The notes below the pieces were generated by a model that was not told the origin of the DNA, searched no databases, and saw nothing but the letters and a program-made list of their open reading frames with translations. Positions 55,583 through 64,000 of a stretch of 64,000 nt of DNA are shown piece after piece (position 1 is the first letter of the stretch; each line of letters begins with the position of its first letter). Both the position numbers and the translations under genes were made by a program. This stretch comes from the human T2T-CHM13v2.0 reference genome, Homo sapiens: assembly GCF_009914755.1 (NCBI RefSeq), contig NC_060926.1. One strand, written 5' to 3'.

Positions 55583-56106
55583 TTTCACTGCTTGTGTTGC
55601 TGCATAGCAAATTACCTAAAAATTTAGTGGCTAAAAGCAATAAACCCTTAGTATCTCAGAAAATGCAGTTTTTTATGGCTTAGAAATTTGGCAGTGGCTT
55701 AGCTGGCTGACTCTCGGTGTCTCCTGAGATTATGATCCACGTGTAAGTTGTGGTGTAGTCATCTGAGAGCTGGACTGGGGCTAGAGAATTAGCTTCTACA
55801 ATGGCTCACTCACATGGCTGTTGGCAGGAGGCCTCAGTTGCTTGTCGCATTGGGCCCCTCCACATGGCTGCTTGAGTGTACTTATAACATGGCAGCTGGA
55901 TTTTTCCAGAGCAAGTGATCTTAGAGAGAGCAAGGAGGAGCCTGTAGCCCTTGTGCCCTCATCCCGAGGGTCACATTACTTTACTTCCACCATGTTGTAC
56001 TCATCAGGTCACCAAGGAAAACTCACACTCAAGGGTACAGGAATTAGTCTCCACCCTTTGAAGCTAAGAGTATCAAAAAACTTGTGGACATACTTGAAAA
56101 CCACCC
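55583..56106 (-). mobile_element. MLT1F-like solo LTR
   Basis: TTGCTGCATAGCAAATTACC..TGGCTCACTCACATGGCTGTTGGCAGGAGGCCTCAG..CCAGAGCAAGTGATC..AAAACCACC. Confidence 0.85.
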
Positions 56107-57770
56107 TATTGCTGATTGATTGTGACCTGCTCTACTTTGAAATGCTTATTTCTTCTTTGTACCCCAAGATCTTGTCACTTTGGCTGGACCTGATTCACCT
56201 GTCCAGGAGCTGCACTTAATTTTATATGTTTTGCCCTTCCCCTCCTGAGCAGAACACCACCAGGCACAACTCTCAGGGAACTTGCCTTAGCTAAACCTAA
56301 ACCTAAAGACTTCAAAACAAAATTAGTTACTCAAAAGTCAAGTTTCCCTCCTGCTGTGGAACTGGGAGAAGGTGGAACATTTCCTTTTCAAGGATCCTAT
56401 TATCTTTTTCTCTCAAGTGGCCTTTGTCAGGCCATGTAAATCAATTAAAATTTGTATTCTGGATTCGTGGGCAAGATAGCTGAATAGGAACAGCTCCGGT
56501 CTGCCCCTCCCAGTGAGACCAACGCAGAAGGTGGGTGATTTCTGCATTTCCAACTGAGGTGCCTGGCTCATCTCATTGGGACTGGTTACACAGTGGGTGC
56601 AGCCCATGGAGGGAGAGCAGAAGCAGGGTGAGATGTCGCCTCACCCGGGAAGTGCAAGGGCTCAGGGAACTCCCTCCCCTTGCCAAGGGAAGCCTTGACG
56701 GACTGTGCCATGAGGAACGGTGCATTTGGCCCAGATACTACACTTTTCCCATGGTCTTTGTAGTCCGCAGACCAGGAGATTCCCGCAGGTGCCTGGGTTT
56801 CAAGCACAAAGCTGGGCGGCTGTTTGGATAGACAACAAGCTAGCTGCAGGAGTATTTTTTGTGCCCCAGTGGCACCTGGAATGCCAGTGAGACAGAGTCA
56901 TTCACTCCCCTGGAAAGGGGGCTGGTGCCAGGGGCCTGAGTGGTCTTGCTTAGTGGATCCCAGCAAGCTAAGATCCACTGGCTTGAAATTCTCGCTGCCA
57001 GCACAGCAGTCGGAAGTTGACCTGGGATGCTCGAGCTTGGTTGGGGGAGGGGCATCCGCCATTACTGAGGCTTGAGTAGGCAGTTTTCCCCTCACAGTGT
57101 AAACAAAGCCGCCAGGAAGTTCAGACTGGGTGGAGCCCACCACAGTCCCACAAAGCCACTGTAGCCAGACTGCCTCTCTAAATTCCTCCTCTCTGGGCAG
57201 AGTGTCTCTGAAAGAAAGGCAGCAGCCCCAGTCAGGGGCTTAAAGATAAAACTCCCATCTCTCTGGGACAGAACGCCTGGGGGAAGGGGAAGCTGTGGGT
57301 GCAGCTTCAGCAGACTTAAACATTCCTGCCTGCTGGTTCTGAAGAGAGCAGCAGACCTCCCAGCACAGTGCTCAAGCTCTGCTAAGGTACAGACTGCCTT
57401 CTCAAGTGGGTCCCTGAACCCCATCCCTCCTGATGGGGAGACGTCTCCCAGCAGGGGTCGACAGACCCCTCATACAGGAGAGCTTCAGCTGGCATCTGGC
57501 AGGTGCCCCTTTGGGATGAAGCTTACAGAGGAAGCAGCAGGCAGCAATCTTTGCTGTTCTGCAGCCTCTGCTGGTGATACCCAGGCAAACAGGGTCTGGA
57601 GTGGACCTCAAGCAAATGCCAGCAGACCTGCAGAAGACGGACCTGACTGTTAGAAGGAAAACTAACAAACAGGAAGCAATAGCATCAACAGCAACAAAAA
57701 GAATGACCACTCAAAAACCCTATCTGAAGGTCACCAACATCAAAGACCAAAGGTAGACAAATCCACGAAG

Positions 57771-58795
57771 ACGGGGAGAAACCAGTGCAAAAAGGCTGAA
57801 AATTCCAAAAACCAGAATGCCTCTTCTCCTCCAAAGGATCACAACACCTCGCCAGCAAGGGAACAAAACTGGATGGAGAATGAGTTTGATGAATTCACAG
57901 AAGTAGGCTTCAGAAGGTGGGTAATAACAAACTCCTCCGAGCTAAAGGAGCATTTTCTAACCCAATGCAAGGAAGCTAAGAAACTTGATAAAAGATTACA
58001 GGAGTGGCTAACTATAATACCCAGTTTAGAGAAGAACATAAATGACCTGATGGAGCTGAAAAACACAGCACGAGAACTTCGTGAAGCGTACACAAGTATC
58101 AATAGCCGAATTGATCAAGAAGAAGAAAGGATAGCAGAGATTGAAGATCAAAGTAATGAAATAAAGTGTGAAGACAAGATTCGAGAAAAAAGAATGAAAA
58201 GGAACAAACAAAGCCTCCAAGAAATATGGGACTATGTGAAGAGACCAAACCTACATTTGACTGGTGTACCTGAAAGTGATGGGGAGAATGGAACCAAGTT
58301 GGAAAACACACTTTAGTTTATTACCCAGGAGAACTTCCCCAACCTAGCAAGACAGGCCAACATTCAAATTCAGGAAATACAGAGAACACCACAAAAATAC
58401 TCCTGGAGAAGAGCAACCCCAAGACACATTATCATCAGATTTACCAAGGTTGAAATGAAGGAAAAAATGTTAAGGGCAGCCAGAGAGAAAGGTTGGGTTA
58501 CCCACAAAGGGAAGCCCATCAGACTAACAGCAGATCTCTCTGCAGAAACCCTACAAGTCAGAAGAGAGTGGCAGCCAACATTCAACATTCTTAAAGAAAA
58601 GAATTTTCAACCCAGAATTTCATGTCCAGCCAAACTAAGCTTCATAAGTGAGGGAGAAATAAAATCCTTTACAGACAAGCAAATGCTGAGGGTTTTGTCA
58701 CCACCAGGCCTGCCTTACAAGAGCTCCTGAAGGAAGCACTAAATATGGAAAGGAAAAACCAGTACCAGCCACTGCAAAAACATACAAGAATGTAA
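57771..58795 (+). pseudogene. L1 ORF1p remnant
   Basis: Start mutated to ACG; ORF-track pieces (QSLQEIWDYVKRPNL, KGKPIRLTADLSAETL); premature TAG at 58314-58316 and a frameshift near 58690. Confidence 0.92.
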
Positions 58796-58856
58796 AGACC
58801 AACAACATTGAAGAAATTGCACTAACTAATGGGCAAAATAACCAGCTAGCATCATA

Positions 58857-61800
58857 ATGACAGGATCAGATTCACACATAACAATATTAACCTTAAATGT
58901 AAATGGGCTAAATGCCCCAATTAAAAGACACAGACTGGCATGTTGGATAGAGAGTCAAGACCCGGCTGGGCACAGTGGCTCACACCTGTAATCCCAGAAC
59001 TTTGGGAGGCCAAGGCAGGTGGATCACGAGGTCTGGAGATTGAGACCATCCTGGCTAACATGGTGAAACCCCGTCTCTACTAAAAATACAAGAAATTAGC
59101 CTGGCGTGGTGGCGGGTGCCTGTAGTCCCAGCTACTCGGGACGCTGAGGCAGGAGAATGGCATGAACTGAACGCAGGAGGTGGAGCTTGCAGTGAGCCGA
59201 GATCATGCCATTGCACTTCAGCCTGGGAGACAGCGAGACTCCGTCTCAAAAAAAAGAGCCAAGACCCATCGGTGTGCTGTATTCGGGAGACCCATCTCAC
59301 ATGCAAAGACACACATAGGCTCAGAATAAAGGGATGGAGGAAGATTTACCAAGAAAATGGAAAGCAAAAAAAAAAAAAAAAAAAAAAAAGCAGGGGCTGC
59401 AATCCTAGTCTCTGATAAAACAGACTTCTTTAAACCAACAAAGATCAAAAAAGATAAAGAAGGGCATTATATAATGGTAAAGGGATTAATGCAACAAGAA
59501 GAGCTAACTATCCTAAGTATATATGCACCCAATACAGGAGCACCCAGATTCATAAAGCAAGTTCTTAGAGACCTACAAAGAGACTTAGACTCCCACACAA
59601 TAATAGTGGGAGACTTTAACACCCCACTGTTAATATTAGACAGAATGATGAGACAGAAAATTAACAAGGATATTCAGGACTTGAACTCAGCTCTGGACCA
59701 AGCAGACCTAATAGACATCTACAGAACTCTCCACTCCAAATCAAGAGAATATACATTCTTCTCAGCACCGCATCACACTTATTCTAAAACTGACCACGTA
59801 ATTGGAAGTAAAACACTACTCAGCAAATGCAAAAGAATGGAAATCTTAATAGTCTCTCAGACCACAGTGCAATCAAATTAGAATGCAGGATTAAGAAGCT
59901 CACTAAAAACTGTACAACTACATGGAAACTGGACAACTTGCTCCTGAATGACTACTGGGTAAATAACGAAATTCAGGTAGAAATATATAAGTTCTTTGAA
60001 ACTAGTGAGAACAAAGACAATGTACCAGAATCTCTGAGACACAGCTAAAGCAGTGTTTAGAGGGAAATTTATAGCACTAAATGCCCATAGGAGAAAGCGG
60101 GAAAGATCTAAAGTTGACACCCTAACATCACAATTAAAACTAGAGAAGCAAGAGCAAGCAAATTCAAAAGCTAGCAGAAGACAAGAAATAACTAAGATCA
60201 GAGCAGAACTGAAGGAGATAGAGACACGAAAAACCCTTCAAAAAATCAGTGAGTCCAGGAGATGGTTTTTTGAAAAGATTAACAAAATAGATAGACTGCT
60301 AGCGAAACTAATAAAGAAGAAAAGAGAGAAGAATCAAATAGACACAATAGAAAATGATAAAGGGGACATCATTACCGATCCCATAGAAATATAAACTACC
60401 ATCAGAGAAAACTATAAACACCTCTGTGCAAATAAACTAGAAAATCTAGAAGAAATGGATAAATTCCTGGACACAAACACCCTCCCGAGACTAAACCAGG
60501 AAGTTGAATCCCTGGATAGACCAATAACAAGTTCTGAAATTGAGGCAGTAATTAATAGCCTACCAACCAAAAAAAAGACCAGCACCAGATGGATTCACAG
60601 CTGATTTCTACCAGAAGTACAAAGAGGAGCTGGTATCATTCCTTCTAAAATTATTCCAATCAATAGAAAAAGAGGGACTCCTCCCTAACTCTTTTTATGA
60701 GGCCAGCATCATCCTGATACCAATATCTGGCAGAGACACAACAAAAAAAGAAAATTTCAGGCCAATACCTCTGAAGAACATCAATTTGAAAATCCTCAAT
60801 ACAATACTGGCAAACTGAATCCAGCGGCACATCAAAAAGCTTATCCACTACAATCAAGTCGGCTTCATCCGTGGGATGCAAGGCTGGTTCAACATATGCA
60901 AATCAACAAATGGAATCCATCACATAAACAGAACCAATGACAAAAACCACATGATTATCTCAATAGATGCAGCAAAGGCCTTTGATAAAATTCAACACCA
61001 CTTCATGCAAAAAACACTCAATAAACTAAGTATTGATGGAATGTCCCTCAAAATAATAAGAGCTATTCATGACAAACCCACAGCTAATATTATACTGAAT
61101 GGGCAAAAGCTGGAAGCATTCCCTTTGAAACCTGGCACAAGACAAGGATCTCCCCTCTCACCACTCCAATTCAACATAGTATTGGAAGTTCTGGACAGGG
61201 CAATCAGGCAAGAGAAAGGAATGAAGTGTATTCAAATAGGAAGAGAAGAAGTCATATTATCTCTGTTTGCAGATGACATGATTGTGTATTTAGAAAACCC
61301 TACCGTCTCAGCTCAAAAACTCCTTAAGCTGATAAGCAACTTCAGCAAAGTCTCAGGATACAAAGTCAATGTGCAAAAATCACAAGCATTCCTAAACAGC
61401 AATAACAGACAAACAGAGAGCCAAATCATGAGTGAACCGAGAATAAAATACCTAGGAATCCAACTTACAAGGAATGTGAAAGACCTCTTCAAGGAGAACT
61501 ACAAACCACTGCTCAAGGAAATAAGAGAGGACACAAATAAATGGAAAAATATTCCATGCTCATGGATAGGAAGAATCAATATCATGACAATGGCCATACT
61601 GCCCAAAATAATTTATAGATTCAATGCTATTCCCATCAAGCTACCACTGACTTTCTTCACAGAATTAGAAAAAAAACCACTTTAAATTTCATATGGAACC
61701 AAGAAAGAGCCCATATAGCCAAGACAATCCTCAGCAAAAAGAACAAAGCTGGAGGCATCACGCTACCTGACTTCAAACTATACTTCAAGGCTACAGTAAC

Positions 61801-62964
61801 CAAAACAGCTTGGTACTGGTACCAAAACAGATACATAGACCAATGGATAAGAACAGAGGCCTCAGAAATAACCCCACACATGTACAACTGTCTGATCTTT
61901 GGCAAACCTGACAAAAAGCAATGGGGAAAGGATTCCCTATTTAATAAATGGTGTTGGGAAAACTGGCTAGCCATATGCAGAAAACTGAAACTGGTTCCCT
62001 ACCTTACACCTTATACAAAAAGTGACTCAAGATGGACGAAAGATTAAAATGTAAGACCTAAAACCATAAAAACCCTAGAGGAAAACCTAGGCAATACCAT
62101 TCAGGACATAGGCATGGGCAAATCTTCATGACTAAAACACCAAAAGCAATGGCAACAAAAGCCAAAATTGACAAATGGGATCTAATTAAACTAAAGAGCT
62201 TCTGCATAGCAAAAGAAACTATCGTAAGAGTGAACAGGCAACCTACAGAATAGGAGTAAATTTTTGCAATCTATCCACCTGACAAAGGGCTAATATCCAG
62301 AATGTGCAAGGAACTTAAACAAATTTACAAGAAAAACCTTATCAAAAAGTGGGCAAAGGATATGAACAGACACTTTTCAAAAGAAGACATTTTTGCAGCC
62401 AACTAACATATAAAAAAAGTTCATCATCCTTGGTCATTAGAGAAATGCAGATCAAAACCACAGTGAGATACTATCTCATGCCAGTTAGAATGGCGATCAT
62501 TAAAAAGTCAGGAAACAACAGATGCTGGAGAGGATGTGGAGAAACAGGAATGCTTTTACACTGTTGGTAGGAGTGTAAATTAGTTTAACCATTGTGGAAG
62601 ACAGTATGGTGATTCCTCAAAGATCTAGAACTAGAAATACCATTTGACCCAGCAATCCCATTACTGGGTATATACCCAAAGGATTATAAATCATGCTACT
62701 GTAAAGACACATGCACATGTATGTTTATTGTGGCACTATTCACAATAGCAAAGACTTGGAAACAACCCAAATGTCCATCAATGATAGACTGGATAAAGAA
62801 AATATGTCACATATACACCACGGAATACTATGCAGCCACAAAAAACGGTGAGTTCATGTCCTTTGCAGAGACACGGATGAAGCTGGAAACCATAATTCTC
62901 AGCAAGCTAACAAAGGAACAGAAAAACCAAACACTGCGTATTCTCACTCATAACTGGGAATTGA
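58857..62964 (+). pseudogene. L1 ORF2p (endonuclease/reverse transcriptase) remnant
   Basis: EN motifs IYAPNTGA and VGDFNTPL, RT motifs [10 protein letters not shown] and [10 protein letters not shown]; broken by an Alu, frameshifts and stops. Confidence 0.93.
58964..59254 (+). mobile_element. AluY nested in L1 ORF2
   Basis: GAGACCATCCTGGCTAAC, GGAGAATGGC and GGAGCTTGCAG diagnostics; 13-bp TSD AGAG(T/C)CAAGACCC at 58951-58963 and 59255-59267. Confidence 0.96.
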
Positions 62965-63354
62965 ACAATGTGAACATATTGGCACAGGGAGGAGAACATC
63001 AACCACTGGGGCCTGTCGAGGGCTGGGGGTCAAGGGGAGGGATAGCATTAGGAGAAGTACCTAATGTAGATGACAGGTTGATGGGTGCAGCAAACCACCA
63101 TGGCACATGTATACCTATGTAACAAACCTGCATGTTCTGAACATGTATCCCAGAACTTAAGTATAATAAAAAATAAAATAAAATTTGTGTTCTAACGGGA
63201 ATAGGTCAGAGACTTTTTCTCGGGCGTGGGATGTCTGCAGGAATCTGGAGCCCTGATACAGAATTACCACACCAGGTTGTCCTTAGGAAGGGCTGGCTCT
63301 GGACACAACCTGTGAGCAAGGTTTGAGCCCCTCCTGACCCTAACACCCTTGTAA

Positions 63355-63769
63355 GATCAGCCAAGCCCATTCCTTCTCAGGGCCTTTACACTCGCACTTC
63401 CGGGCATAAGCCTCAAATGTTCACACCCACATTGCTGCATGACTGATTCCTTTTTGTTATCTCAGCCCAAAGACCACCTTCTCAGAGAGCTTTTTCAGAC
63501 TACTCAATCTAATTTCTTTCCTGCTGGTAGGCCGTCTTTAAGAGTCCATCTGACTTTACTTCTTCAAGGCTGCATTACTCTGTGAACTTATTTAGTCTAT
63601 TTTTTTGTTTCTTTGTCTACCTCACCCCATTAAAACATAAGGAACATGAGAGTAAGGGACCTCACTTTCCTTTTCTCTGCTGTATCCTCAGCATTTACAG
63701 CAGAACCTGATGCACAGCAGGTGCTCAAAAATGTTAACTGGCTGAACGAATGAATGAGTGAGTGATGAA
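63355..63769 (+). mobile_element. L2a 3' end
   Basis: CTCAGGGCCTTTACAC..CACCTTCTCAGAGAG..CTGCTGTATCCTCAGCA..AGGTGCTCAAAAATGTT..GAATGAATGA. Confidence 0.8.
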
Positions 63770-64000
63770 TACAGATTCTGTTGTGAAATAAAAAAAAAAA
63801 AAAAACGCTGAAGACTAACATTATAGACCAAGCAGGCTGTGTGTTCTTAGGCATATCTGGGAAAGAGAAGCACAGCTAATCTGGGCAGGTAGAGCCTCGG
63901 CGTCATTACAACTTGAATATCAAAGGAATGTGACTTTCTTGGTATCCCAGTTTATTGAAGCAGGTCATACCTGCTTTACATGGGTTTTCTGTATGTATAT

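Larger units (their letters stand above)
56461..63178 (+). mobile_element. full-length, inactivated LINE-1 (L1PA7-like)
   Basis: 5' UTR of about 1.3 kb (GAATAGGAACAGCTCCGGTCTGC..), ORF1, ORF2, 3' UTR and A-rich tail; 15-bp TSD TAAAATTTGT(A/G)TTCT at 56446-56460 and 63179-63193. Confidence 0.96.

Noticed and set aside
60876-61685. 269-aa reverse transcriptase ORF as an active or novel RT system
   Set aside because: It is a fragment of ordinary L1 ORF2, which is broken by an Alu, stops and frameshifts; ORF1 is also dead

Overview
Primate (most likely human or great-ape) non-coding DNA, either intronic or gene desert. I find no supportable cellular protein-coding gene, tRNA, rRNA or CRISPR array. 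The ORF-track hits are Alu-, L1- or low-complexity-derived, or chance. A large part of the window is interspersed repeat: 11 dimeric Alus plus one monomer, a full-length but dead L1PA7-like element (56461-63178, with TSDs and a nested AluY), L1 3' fragments, many L2/MIR relics, MaLR/ERV solo LTRs, and MER5/MER20/MER6 DNA-transposon relics. The most unusual signal is a non-TE-looking segment of about 550 bp present twice in direct orientation 17.5 kb apart (about 30790-31345 and 48282-48860). Its flanks have decayed to roughly 55-72% similarity, but a 102-bp core is about 93% identical and keeps two SOX-type ACAAAG sites and a PBX-type TGATTGAT site. This suggests an anciently duplicated enhancer pair or a gene-conversion tract. 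Other leads are a TE-poor, homeobox-motif-rich block at about 30.3-35.2 kb, a candidate 12-codon exon at 2493-2545, a possible RTE-clade LINE fossil at about 28.5-28.85 kb, a young AluYa-intermediate insertion and a tightly spaced inverted AluJ pair. Repeat subfamily calls are from memory of consensus sequences. Boundaries of old repeats are approximate.
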